Virus record (IMG/VR): IMGVR_UViG_3300028590_000320
Coordinates: 1 to 53,141 of that record
Strand: one strand, 5' to 3'
Length of the DNA stretch: 53,141 bases
Source of the DNA: a virus
Lineage: Duplodnaviria; Caudoviricetes
The notes under the pieces were generated by a model. That model ran no database searches. It was not told the DNA's origin and saw nothing but the letters and a program-made list of their open reading frames with translations. Shown here piece after piece: positions 9,256-17,512 of the stretch. The first letter of the stretch is position 1. Each line of letters begins with the position of its first letter. Made by a program: the position numbers and the translations under genes.

Positions 9256-9857
9256 GCCGCCACCTCTTCAGTCTGTTCGGCCTTGGAGGCCTGCAGGCAT
9301 TGGAGCGCCTCGCGCACCGCAGTGACGATCCGGTCGAGGTAGACGTACTCCGGGTTCGGCTCCGCAGCGCGTCCGTCGATGTAGTGGAACCACTCCTCGC
9401 CGAAGATCGACGTGAGCAAGGTGGACTGGCTCCAGCAGGACATCGGGTCTTCGAGGTAGGCAAGGTCGCCCACGTCGTTGAACAGCTCGCGCGCCGCGTC
9501 CTTTTCGAGTCCGCCCAAGTCGAGCCATGCCGGCGTCGCGCTCCTGCGGCGTTCGCAGATCGTCTTCTCGGCAAGCTTGACTAGCGCATCTGCGCTGTAC
9601 CGTGTGCGCTCGAGTTGTTGGCCGTAGGCGAGGTTGTCGATCAGGTAGCCGTTGTTGCACCCAACGAAGAACTGAGCGATGGTCTGCGACCCCATGCCGC
9701 CCCAGTAGGAGGCCCATGCTTTGCCCCAGCACTCGATGGTGATGCGCCCCTTGCCGGGCTCGATGTCATCGAGCGTGACGCGAATCGGGTCGAGGCTGTG
9801 AGACGCCTCAATGCCCGTGATGCGCACGATGGTGACCGTGCCGGTTTCGATCTTCAC
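9252..9857 (-). CDS. Conserved phage hypothetical protein
   Basis: LDPIRV.LDD..PGKGRITIECWGKAWASYWGGMG motif. Confidence 0.75.
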   Translation of the reverse strand: MKIETGTVTIVRITGIEASHSLDPIRVTLDDIEPGKGRITIECWGKAWASYWGGMGSQTIAQFFVGCNNGYLIDNLAYGQQLERTRYSADALVKLAEKTICERRRSATPAWLDLGGLEKDAARELFNDVGDLAYLEDPMSCWSQSTLLTSIFGEEWFHYIDGRAAEPNPEYVYLDRIVTAVREALQCLQASKAEQTEEVAA

Positions 9858-10045
9858 AGCACACCTCGCGAGCGCTGCACTTCTTCGCTGTGCGCAAAGT
9901 GGACCGTCAGCCCATCCCAGTCGTTGGAGTTCTTCTTGGCGTTCACCGCACGGTCACGAGCCAAGAGTTCGGCTTCGGTGGGTACGAGCTCAAGATCGAC
10001 GACAGGCACGGCCGCACGACGGATGCCCGAGAAGTTCGGCGCCAT
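9854..10045 (-). CDS. Small phage protein
   Basis: GGAGG-like SD, coupled with neighbours. Confidence 0.5.
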   Translation of the reverse strand: MAPNFSGIRRAAVPVVDLELVPTEAELLARDRAVNAKKNSNDWDGLTVHFAHSEEVQRSRGVL

Positions 10046-10191
10046 CACGACAGCACCTCGAGCGACAGTTCGTCGCCAGCCAGGCATTCCGCGACGAAGG
10101 CCTTCGCAGCCTCGTCATCCGGATGCTCGGTAACGATGACTTCGCACTCTTCCTGGAAGAGCTGCGAGTCAATCAGCAGCAGAGAGTCCAT
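10045..10191 (-). CDS. First pL gene, small very acidic protein (48 aa)
   Basis: GGAG SD; 13 D/E versus 1 K. Confidence 0.55.
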   Translation of the reverse strand: MDSLLLIDSQLFQEECEVIVTEHPDDEAAKAFVAECLAGDELSLEVLS

Positions 10192-10232
10192 GTTCTTCAC
10201 TCCAAGAGGCAGCGGGGTGCTGCGTTGGGATG

Positions 10233-10286
10233 AATTATGCAAACAAGTTTGCAAGCAACGCAAGAGGTTTCCGCAAAATAGTTTGC
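10233..10286 (-). promoter_or_regulatory. pL/oL: leftward promoter with CI operators
   Basis: Minus-strand TTGCGT-N18-CATAAT; operators GCAAA-N4-TTTGC at 10239-10252 and 10273-10286, same as oR. Confidence 0.85.
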
Positions 10287-10382
10287 TCACATGGTCGCTG
10301 ATTTATGACCGCACGGTCAGTAGCAGTGAATCGTGAAAAAGTGCCACTAGAGCGCGCAGGCCTTGTCGGCATACTCGCTGCC

Positions 10383-10907
10383 ATGCCAAGCGTCTACCTA
10401 GCCGGTCCCGATGTTTTCCGCCCCGATGCGGTCGAGCATCTGCAGCGGCTTGCCCGCGTCGCAGAGGCCTTTGGCCTGGAGGGGTTGGTGCCGATCGATG
10501 GCACAGCGGCTGGCGCCCAGACGGCGCAAAGCATCTACGACGCGAACCTTGCGCTGCTGCGGCGCGCTGATAGTGTCGCGGCGAACCTCATGCCGTTCCG
10601 CGGCACTGAACCCGACTCGGGCACCGTCTTCGAAGTAGGCGCAGCCGTGATGTTGGGCTTGCCCGTGGTTGCGTACGGGGTGGGGAAGGGCGACTACCTG
10701 CGCAAGGTCCGTCGACAGGTGCCAACTGAGCCTGATATGGCGGGCGTGCTGCGCGACATGGGCGGAATGGCCATTGAGGACTTCGGCCTCGGGCTGAATC
10801 TCATGCTGGCCTGCTCAGTTGAGTTTGAAGACTCAGCAGAAGAGGCGCTCAAAGCGCTGTCGATCCGACTGGGCGCTCGGCCGCCCTTTGCGGCCGGGGC
10901 GTTTTGA
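10383..10907 (+). CDS. Nucleoside 2-deoxyribosyltransferase family protein
   Basis: VYLAGPDVF...PID...ANL..LRRAD...FRG.EPDSGTVFEVG motifs. Confidence 0.85.
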   Translation: MPSVYLAGPDVFRPDAVEHLQRLARVAEAFGLEGLVPIDGTAAGAQTAQSIYDANLALLRRADSVAANLMPFRGTEPDSGTVFEVGAAVMLGLPVVAYGVGKGDYLRKVRRQVPTEPDMAGVLRDMGGMAIEDFGLGLNLMLACSVEFEDSAEEALKALSIRLGARPPFAAGAF

Positions 10908-11208
10908 GCAGGGCCTTCTCGATCATTGATTCACACTTGGTCATGCCTGCTGCGGGATAGCAGCCACTCTTGAACGCCTCGTAGGAATCCAGTGCTGAAC
11001 GAGCCGCCAACCAAGCCTCCTTCTTCTCTCGACCCAGCTCTGCGCATTCCCATAGTTCGGGCACCTCCGCAGCATCACATTTCACTCGGGCTGCCTGAAT
11101 GTAACGCGCCACAACGGAAGCGCCGAAATCTGGCTCTTCGTTGTTGAGCTGATCGCACCCAGCACTCAGCACAGCCAAAAACACAAAAAAACCCGCACCG
11201 ATCTTCAT
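10849..11208 (-). CDS. Predicted lipoprotein
   Basis: Signal MKIGAGFFVFLAVLSAG-C, Asp at +2, four further Cys. Confidence 0.7.
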   Translation of the reverse strand: MKIGAGFFVFLAVLSAGCDQLNNEEPDFGASVVARYIQAARVKCDAAEVPELWECAELGREKKEAWLAARSALDSYEAFKSGCYPAAGMTKCESMIEKALLKTPRPQRAAERPVGSTAL

Positions 11209-11258
11209 GCTGTAAGGCTAGCAGTTTGGCAGCGAATCATGGGCGTTATCCTTCGTGT

Positions 11259-11831
11259 ATGGCTCTACCGAACTTGAAAAAACTGCGCACCGATCGACTG
11301 CTTTCTCAGATTCAACTTGGTGAAGCTATTGGCATTTCCTCGCGCACGCTCATGCGATGGGAGGCGGGCCAAGGCGAACCTGGAGCGTCTGAGCTGCTGC
11401 AGATTGCCCGCTTCTTTCAAGTGAGCATTGACCAGCTGGTCGGCGATCTTCTTCCGCCCGAATCGACCGGGGGGTTGCCCAGGGTCGCTGACCTTTCGGG
11501 TCGTCCACTCGACTATTGGGTGGCCCGCACGCGAGGCATACCCGCCGAGATGCTGGAAGATGGCCCGGTTGTGTACGTGCCAGGCGAAGGGCAGGTGCCA
11601 GTACCCGCCTACAGCACTGACCCCTCCCATGCCAATCCGATCATGGAGAGCATGGGAATGCACCTATGCCCTGCGTCATCAGGGGCGACGTTTGATGGCG
11701 AAGTGAAACAGCAGCCCGGCTGGATTGCCCGCTGCGCAGAGAGTTCGAGGGCGGCCTGGGGACGAACGATGCTCGAAGCAGGAATGCGGGCCTACCTGCT
11801 CTTCGAGATCGGCGATCAGGTGCTGACGTGA
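11259..11831 (+). CDS. XRE HTH fused to DUF2591/NinX-like domain
   Basis: LSQIQLGEAIGISSRTLMRWEAG HTH; LSG..LDYWVA...YSTD...PI...G.T.LEA.MRA C-domain. Confidence 0.75.
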   Translation: MALPNLKKLRTDRLLSQIQLGEAIGISSRTLMRWEAGQGEPGASELLQIARFFQVSIDQLVGDLLPPESTGGLPRVADLSGRPLDYWVARTRGIPAEMLEDGPVVYVPGEGQVPVPAYSTDPSHANPIMESMGMHLCPASSGATFDGEVKQQPGWIARCAESSRAAWGRTMLEAGMRAYLLFEIGDQVLT

Positions 11832-11887
11832 TGGGTCACAATGGCCGCGCAATCTGACAAATTTGTTCACTAAAAACACAATTTGTC
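11824..11887 (+). promoter_or_regulatory. Candidate enhancer-binding-protein (PilR-like) sites
   Basis: TGAC-N7-GTCA at 11824-11838, TGAC-N7-TTCA at 11855-11869, ACAATTTGTC at 11878-11887, ~90-150 bp upstream of the sigma54 site. Confidence 0.5.
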
Positions 11888-11974
11888 TCAATTGGCTGGA
11901 GGAATTGCATCGGACTTTGGGGTTTTCACCCATAAAAGCAATCCCTTAGTTCTCAAATTTCGTCGCCATGCGCT

Positions 11975-11990
11975 TGGCACACGTCCTGCG
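11975..11990 (+). promoter_or_regulatory. sigma54 (-24/-12) promoter of pilin
   Basis: TGGCAC-ACGTC-CTGC with exact GG-N10-GC spacing. Confidence 0.8.
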
Positions 11991-12050
11991 GTTACGTAAG
12001 CGCTCCGGGAGAAAGTCTCCTGGCGAAACTCAACCCAACCGAGGATTTTC

Positions 12051-12530
12051 ATGAACCATCGCACTCTCGCTCGCCGCGCTCAAGCTGGCTTTACCCTCAT
12101 CGAATTGATGATCGTTGTTGCGATCATCGGCATCTTGGCTGCAATCGCGATTCCGCAGTACTCGGACTACACATCGCGCACGCGCGCAGCTGGCGCTGCG
12201 GCTGAAATGACGGCCTTCAAGCAGGCTTTCGCAGTTTGCATGTCCGAACAAGGCAATGTGCTCGCCAACTGCGTCACGCTTGGCTCCAATGGAATCCCCA
12301 ATACGCCAACCGCGACGACCAAGAACGTCACGGCGGCAGTCACGATCACCGCTGCTACCGGCGCGATCAACACCACCACGGGTGCTACCGATGCTGGCGG
12401 CGTGGCATTGACCTACATTCTGACCCCGACCATTCCCGCCGCCGGCCAGCCCACCATGGTCTTCACGCAATCTGGCACGGTTTGCAATGCGTCGCGAGGC
12501 CTGAAGCCCGGCCAAGGTGACTGCCCGTAA
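12051..12530 (+). CDS. pilA: Type IVa major pilin
   Basis: Short basic leader, G|[24 protein letters not shown] prepilin motif, C-terminal disulfide loop [14 protein letters not shown]. Confidence 0.93.
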   Translation: MNHRTLARRAQAGFTLIELMIVVAIIGILAAIAIPQYSDYTSRTRAAGAAAEMTAFKQAFAVCMSEQGNVLANCVTLGSNGIPNTPTATTKNVTAAVTITAATGAINTTTGATDAGGVALTYILTPTIPAAGQPTMVFTQSGTVCNASRGLKPGQGDCP

Positions 12531-12550
12531 TTTCAGTGTTGACTGAATCG

Positions 12551-12574
12551 AAGCCGCCTTCGGGCGGCTTTTTT
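12551..12574 (+). terminator. Intrinsic terminator between pilin and cI
   Basis: AAGCCGCC-TTCG-GGCGGCTT-TTTT. Confidence 0.85.
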
Positions 12575-12585
12575 GCGTCTGGCGG

Positions 12586-13344
12586 TTAGACCTGCTCGCT
12601 ACGCCAGACGGTCAGCACCTTGCCGAACACCTCGAAGTCCATCTTCGGAGTGATCTCGAAGGGGTCGTAGTCCTTATTGAAGGACTTCGCGCGTAGCACC
12701 AGGCCGTTTTCCGTGGGTATGCGCTGCAGCTGCTTGATGAAGCCGTGGTTCCCGACGCGGAAGAAGTACACGCCGTCGCCGCCGCTTTCCACGTCCGTGA
12801 CGCCCCTGTCGAGCAGCAGCGGGTCGCCAGGGTTGTACTTCGGCTTCATTGAGGGGCCGAAGCCCGTCACGATGCACAGGTTTGCGCGCCCCGTGTGGTG
12901 CTGCACATTGAGTCGGAGCCATTCCGGGTCTACGCGCCAACTCTTGATCAGCCCTGGCGGCTGCTCCTCCAGCACTAGGCCGCCATTTCCCATTGCTCCA
13001 GCAGCGTCGTACTGGGCGATCAGAAAGTCCTTTGGATCTTCTTTGGGCTCCGTCGCCACGACGAAAGCGCCCGGTGCAGCCCCGGGCACGAACGCGCCCG
13101 CCTTGAGCGTCTCGACATTTGTCCCCATGGCTGCGGCGAGCGCGGCGATGTACCTGGGCGTCCGAATGTCCTTCTTCAGAAGATTCTCGATGTCCTGCCT
13201 CTTGCAGAGACTGTCCGCTTCGATGCCCGCGCCGCTTTGAACTATGGAGACGGCGGCGGCCAGGTCGGCAACCGTGAACGGCTCGCTCGCCTCATCGCTT
13301 CGCCATGAGAGGTATTCGGTGACCTGCTGAGCAAGCGTTTTCAT
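12586..13344 (-). CDS. cI: CI-like repressor with S24 peptidase domain
   Basis: GPSMKP Ser and FIKQL Lys dyad, AAGAMGNG cleavage region, divergent from cro. Confidence 0.9.
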   Translation of the reverse strand: MKTLAQQVTEYLSWRSDEASEPFTVADLAAAVSIVQSGAGIEADSLCKRQDIENLLKKDIRTPRYIAALAAAMGTNVETLKAGAFVPGAAPGAFVVATEPKEDPKDFLIAQYDAAGAMGNGGLVLEEQPPGLIKSWRVDPEWLRLNVQHHTGRANLCIVTGFGPSMKPKYNPGDPLLLDRGVTDVESGGDGVYFFRVGNHGFIKQLQRIPTENGLVLRAKSFNKDYDPFEITPKMDFEVFGKVLTVWRSEQV

Positions 13345-13408
13345 GCAAAGGATTTTGCATCCTCTTGACTGCAAAGAAGTTTGCGCGATAAACTGCAAAC
13401 TACTTTGC
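13345..13408. promoter_or_regulatory. oR: three CI operators and pR
   Basis: GCAAA-N4-TTTGC at 13345-13358, 13371-13384, 13395-13408; TTGACT (13365) ... TAAACT (13389). Confidence 0.9.
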
Positions 13409-13422
13409 TTTTGAGGTGTTTT

Positions 13423-13692
13423 ATGCAGCAGCCGACTGGTATCGAGCTCGCGGTCACGATGAAAGGCAGCCCCGCCAAATTGGCCGAGGCGGTGGGGAAC
13501 GGAGTTCTGAGGCAACACGTCGAGTACTGGCTGAAGGCTGGAATCGTTTCAGCGGATCAGGCGCCGTACGTCTCTGCAGCGACGGGGATCCCCATCGAAA
13601 AGCTGAACAGCAAGGTGAACTGGGCTCTCGCTCGAAAGATTCGCGCCAAGGCCTCCGCCGAACCCAAGGCCGCCATCGGGGAGGGCGCCTAA
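13423..13692 (+). CDS. cro: Cro/YdaS-like HTH regulator
   Basis: GSPAKLAEAVG...RQHVEYW HTH; GAGG SD. Confidence 0.85.
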   Translation: MQQPTGIELAVTMKGSPAKLAEAVGNGVLRQHVEYWLKAGIVSADQAPYVSAATGIPIEKLNSKVNWALARKIRAKASAEPKAAIGEGA

Positions 13693-13695
13693 GCC

Positions 13696-13794
13696 ATGGC
13701 CTCCATCCCCATGTGGCTCCAGATTCCGTTCGTGCTCATCGGGGCGGCCGCGCTCTCTGGCGCTGTTCTCGCGCTGCTTGCGAAAGAGGTCTGA
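13696..13794 (+). CDS. Small hydrophobic peptide (32 aa)
   Basis: MASIPMWLQIPFVLIGAAALSGAVLALLAKEV fills the gap after cro. Confidence 0.45.
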   Translation: MASIPMWLQIPFVLIGAAALSGAVLALLAKEV

Positions 13795-13795
13795 C

Positions 13796-14080
13796 ATGCA
13801 TCAGCCCTCAACCCTCATCGCCCAGTTGCGCACCGCGCTTGGCTTCGAACGCGAGCCAGTGGATCTTGATGACGGCGGCCTCGCCTTCATCGGATTCGTG
13901 CGTTTCGCGTGTGGCGATTCCGATGAAGCCCACGCCCTGCAAGCGTGCTGGTTCAACGCGAGCGGAAACGCTCCACGTCACGACACGCCCGCCACTTCTG
14001 CGGAGTGTGGCCAGTACATCGATTGGCTGATTCAGACCCATTGGGGCGAGGCGGGCGTTTCGGCCGCCACGGTTCACTGA
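13796..14080 (+). CDS. Phage hypothetical protein
   Basis: GAGG SD. Confidence 0.6.
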   Translation: MHQPSTLIAQLRTALGFEREPVDLDDGGLAFIGFVRFACGDSDEAHALQACWFNASGNAPRHDTPATSAECGQYIDWLIQTHWGEAGVSAATVH

Positions 14081-14241
14081 GCTAGCAGCCATCACCTCCA
14101 CGAGCGAAGCCATGAGCACGTCTGCATCTACCTCTACCGGTGTCGCTGACCAGTGCGCTTTGCTGATTTGTTTCGTTTGCATGCACGCAGTCTCGGATTT
14201 CTCGCTGCGCTGCAACACATCCATCTGAGGACCGACCGGAT

Positions 14242-14730
14242 ATGAACACCGCTGACGCACTGAAGCTGATGGTCAAGACTTTTCCCGGTGGCGTCGACAC
14301 CGTGGCCGGCCGCATCGGTAAGAACTCCGAGACGCTGCGCAAGGAGCTGTCGGGCGCTGACCCGAAGTTCAAGCTGGGCGAGGGCACTGCCCAGCTGATC
14401 TCTGACCTGTGCGTCGAGAGCAAGTCGCCGAACTGCATGGCTTACGTCAACGCCGTGAACGCCAGCAGCGGCGGTTTCGTACGCCTGCCCGTGCTGGATG
14501 CGCCGCCGCCGATGAACCTGCACAAGGGCCTCGCAGAAATCGTGCAGGAGATGTCGCACGTCGTTACCGCAGTGACCGAGAGCGACGCCGACGACGTGAT
14601 CTCGGACAACGACCTGCAGCGCAGCCTGCGCGAGATGGAAGAGGCCCGCAGCGCGATCCAGGCGCTCGAGCAGGCCGTGCGCAGCAAGCATGCTGCTGGC
14701 AAGCGCAACCACCTGAGGGCTGCGGCATGA
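14242..14730 (+). CDS. CII-family phage regulatory protein
   Basis: FPGG..TVAGRIGK..ETLRKEL HTH and AD.VISDNDL C-terminal helices. Confidence 0.75.
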   Translation: MNTADALKLMVKTFPGGVDTVAGRIGKNSETLRKELSGADPKFKLGEGTAQLISDLCVESKSPNCMAYVNAVNASSGGFVRLPVLDAPPPMNLHKGLAEIVQEMSHVVTAVTESDADDVISDNDLQRSLREMEEARSAIQALEQAVRSKHAAGKRNHLRAAA

Positions 14731-15035
14731 GCGCACTCACAGCCACGCCCGCAGCCGAGAAGGCCGAGATTGACCTCGAAACGATCGACACCCAGGTCTT
14801 GATCGACGAACTCGAAGCGCGCGGCCACGACGTCGACAACGAGCCGGACCTTGATAGCTATAGCGACGAAGACCTCGTCACCGAGCTTCAAGAGCGCGGA
14901 ATGGGCGACGCGCCGCACGGCACCCGCCAATCCATCGTCGAGATGTACGAGGCCTTCTACCTCGGCAAGAACGAAACCGCGATCGCCATTGCGCGTCGCA
15001 TTGCGCAGGACACCACTGGAAGGACTTTGCCATGA
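14727..15035 (+). CDS. Acidic protein with internal repeat
   Basis: Two DL...D..L..EL..RG units. Confidence 0.65.
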   Translation: MSALTATPAAEKAEIDLETIDTQVLIDELEARGHDVDNEPDLDSYSDEDLVTELQERGMGDAPHGTRQSIVEMYEAFYLGKNETAIAIARRIAQDTTGRTLP

Positions 15036-15406
15036 CCGCCATCGCATTCGTCAACATCCACGGCCAAGCCGTCGACACCACCAAGCGCGTACCGCTGCCG
15101 AAGCGCACATCCGACGGCCTGGGCGAGTTCCACAAGGGCTGGGCCGTTGAAGGCGTTCCGCCCGGCGCTCTGGAGGGGGCCAAGAAGATTCACGAGAGCG
15201 AGCGCGCCATCGCCATCCGCGAGAACGCCACGCGCATCCCGGATGAATGGAATGACCTGACCTGGCTGCAGACCAAGGCCAAGCTCAAGCGCGTCCGCAC
15301 CAAGCCCTACGAAGTGCCTGAAGCTGCGGCTGCCTGCAAGGAGCTCGCCGAGAAGGCCGGCTGGCTGCAGGTTCGCGTGCGGGCACTGTCGAAGGGTTCG
15401 GCATGA
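15032..15406 (+). CDS. Phage hypothetical protein
   Basis: Coupled ORF. Confidence 0.65.
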   Translation: MTAIAFVNIHGQAVDTTKRVPLPKRTSDGLGEFHKGWAVEGVPPGALEGAKKIHESERAIAIRENATRIPDEWNDLTWLQTKAKLKRVRTKPYEVPEAAAACKELAEKAGWLQVRVRALSKGSA

Positions 15407-15639
15407 ACACCTCCATCACCGACGCCATGGTCAAAGACATGGACGAAGTCGCAGAGTTCGCCCACTCCAAGTCGGCTTTCAACTTCCCACCCTCAGGCAT
15501 CAAGCACGAGCGCGCTCCCAAGGTTGTCCGCATCAAGGGCCTGCAGTCGATCCACCGCCACGGCATCCCCATCACCGGCCGCGTGCAGGGTGAGGCGGAC
15601 ACGCACCGCCGTGACGCCATTCGCCGAGGGGGTATCTAG
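15403..15639 (+). CDS. Phage hypothetical protein
   Basis: Coupled ORF. Confidence 0.55.
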   Translation: MNTSITDAMVKDMDEVAEFAHSKSAFNFPPSGIKHERAPKVVRIKGLQSIHRHGIPITGRVQGEADTHRRDAIRRGGI

Positions 15640-15641
15640 CC

Positions 15642-15944
15642 ATGCAACACGCCATCGGCTTCACGGGGGCGCCAAAGGCGCGCCGCCGCGATCCCATCAC
15701 GAGCCATCTGGCGGCCGAGCAAGCCGCAGAGATGGCGCAGCGTCACCATGCCCTCATCCTCGCCGTTCTGCGCGAGCACGGTCCGTTGGGCAAGGACGGC
15801 ATCGCCTCCCGCCTGCGCGGCCTTGATGGCGTGGCGGTGTGCCGCCGGCTGACCGAGCTGCAGCGCCTGGGCGAGATCGTCGAGACGGGCAAGCTGGTGA
15901 AGAGTAGTTCCGGCCGCGCCGAGCGCGAGTGGAGGGCGGTGTAG
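15642..15944 (+). CDS. Winged-HTH phage protein
   Basis: ARRRDPITSHLAA...RRLTELQRLG.I.ETG motif. Confidence 0.7.
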   Translation: MQHAIGFTGAPKARRRDPITSHLAAEQAAEMAQRHHALILAVLREHGPLGKDGIASRLRGLDGVAVCRRLTELQRLGEIVETGKLVKSSSGRAEREWRAV

Positions 15945-16738
15945 TGGCCGGCGACTGGATCAAGATGCGCTCCGACCTTCGCAGACACCCGAAGGTTGTC
16001 CGCATGGCGTCCGCACTGGATGCGGACAAATTCCGCGTGATCGGCGGACTGCATGCGGTCTGGAGCCTGTTCGACGAGCAGACAGAAGACGGCTTGCTTG
16101 AGGGATATAGCCCGAAAGCGCTGGACGACGAGATCGCGTGGCCTGGATTCGCAGACGCGATGCAGGCCATCGGCTGGCTCGAATACGACGAGGAGTACGG
16201 CCTCTTCGCGCCTGAGTTCGACGAGCACAACGGGCAATCCGCCAAGCGTAGAGCGCAGGAGACCAAGCGCAAGCGCAAGGAGCGCGCTGAGGACAAGGAC
16301 GCGCAGGAAGACGGACATTCGTCCGCATCCGATGCGGACAAGAAGCGGACGAAAAGCGGTCTAGATAAGAGAGAAGAGTCTTCTTCACTACGTTCAGAAG
16401 ACACTGCGGAATTCGAGCTCGCGTGGCAGGCGTATCCGAAGCGCCCGGGTGCGTCGAAGGCTGGATCGCTGAAGGCATGGCGAGCGCGCCGGAAGGCCGG
16501 CGCCACCGCTGCCGAGATGCTGGCAGGTGCACAGCGCTATGCCGCGTTCTGCGCTGCATCGGCCACAGAGCCGCGATTCATAAAGCAGCCCGCGACCTTC
16601 TTCGGTCCTGACGAGCACTTTCGCTCGGACTGGACCTTCACGCCGCCAGCGTTTCGCGCGACTGGCTCGCAGCCTAAGCACGCGGGCGCCGCCGCAGCGA
16701 TCTTCGACATGGACCCCCAAGGAGTGATCAATGCTTAA
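15944..16738 (+). CDS. Replication initiator (O-like)
   Basis: AGDWIKMR.DL..HPKV N-domain; FE.AW.AYPKR...FIKQPATFFGPD C-domain. Confidence 0.85.
   Translation: MAGDWIKMRSDLRRHPKVVRMASALDADKFRVIGGLHAVWSLFDEQTEDGLLEGYSPKALDDEIAWPGFADAMQAIGWLEYDEEYGLFAPEFDEHNGQSAKRRAQETKRKRKERAEDKDAQEDGHSSASDADKKRTKSGLDKREESSSLRSEDTAEFELAWQAYPKRPGASKAGSLKAWRARRKAGATAAEMLAGAQRYAAFCAASATEPRFIKQPATFFGPDEHFRSDWTFTPPAFRATGSQPKHAGAAAAIFDMDPQGVINA
15998..16400. repeat. Candidate replication origin inside initiator gene
   Basis: GTCCGCA-N5-TGCGGAC palindrome at 16009-16027 and 16321-16339, half sites, then purine/AT-rich tract. Confidence 0.55.
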
Positions 16739-17300
16739 GCCCGTCGTGGTCAATGCGGATGACTTCCGCAAAGCCCAGCCTTCCGCAGACGAGACCGTCG
16801 TCAACAACGTGTTCAAGGTGCTGCACGGCTACTACGGCAACCTGTTCCTGAACAAGTACGCCTCTGGCGTGTTGGACGGCAAGGGCCGGGACATGGGCGT
16901 CGCCAGCGCGCGCTCGGTGTGGGCGCACAAGCTGCGGGCGTTCGACGAAGCGACCGTCGTGACCGCGCTTGAGCAGTGCCAGGACAGGCATCCAGAGTTC
17001 CCGCCCGGCCTGCCGCAGTTCGTCGCGATGTGCGCCAACGCGGCCCCGCGTGCGACATACCAACATTCCAATGCCATCGAGATGAGCGGCGCGCTGCGCA
17101 GCCAGTACGCCCGGCAGGCGCGCGCCATCGTCGAGAAGCACGAAGCGAAGGCGGAGCGACGCAGAAGCGGCTACGTCCCGCTTCCGCCAACCCTCGACGG
17201 GCTGAAGCAGGCGATCGCAGCAGCGGTCGGTGAGGCCGGAGGTGATGAGGCTGCCGAGCTGCTTCGCCTTGACCGCATGTTCGAAAGGGCTGCCGCATGA
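16731..17300 (+). CDS. Replication protein P-like helicase loader
   Basis: F..LHGYYGNLF...W...L..F...FPPGLPQFVAMC motif, follows O. Confidence 0.7.
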   Translation: MLKPVVVNADDFRKAQPSADETVVNNVFKVLHGYYGNLFLNKYASGVLDGKGRDMGVASARSVWAHKLRAFDEATVVTALEQCQDRHPEFPPGLPQFVAMCANAAPRATYQHSNAIEMSGALRSQYARQARAIVEKHEAKAERRRSGYVPLPPTLDGLKQAIAAAVGEAGGDEAAELLRLDRMFERAAA

Positions 17301-17512
17301 TCCGCGCCCGCGAATCCCTCGACCGCTGGGCCCATGCCGCGCACGACGTGCTCGACCAAGCGCAGCACGACCCCATGGTGCCAGGACACCAGATCAGCTG
17401 GGCCTTGGCCTACCTCGGAGATCGCGCAGGCAATGCCAAGGTGCCGAGTGACATCCGCGCTGGCTACGACACAACAGGCGCGCGCGTGTTCGCGCTGGGA
17501 GCAACTCGATGA
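17297..17512 (+). CDS. Phage hypothetical protein
   Basis: Coupled ORF. Confidence 0.55.
   Translation: MIRARESLDRWAHAAHDVLDQAQHDPMVPGHQISWALAYLGDRAGNAKVPSDIRAGYDTTGARVFALGATR

Noticed and set aside
12051-12530. Pilin as host locus or assembly chimera
   Set aside because: Lies between matching oL and oR operators well inside the att-bounded prophage, with no pilB/C/D nearby
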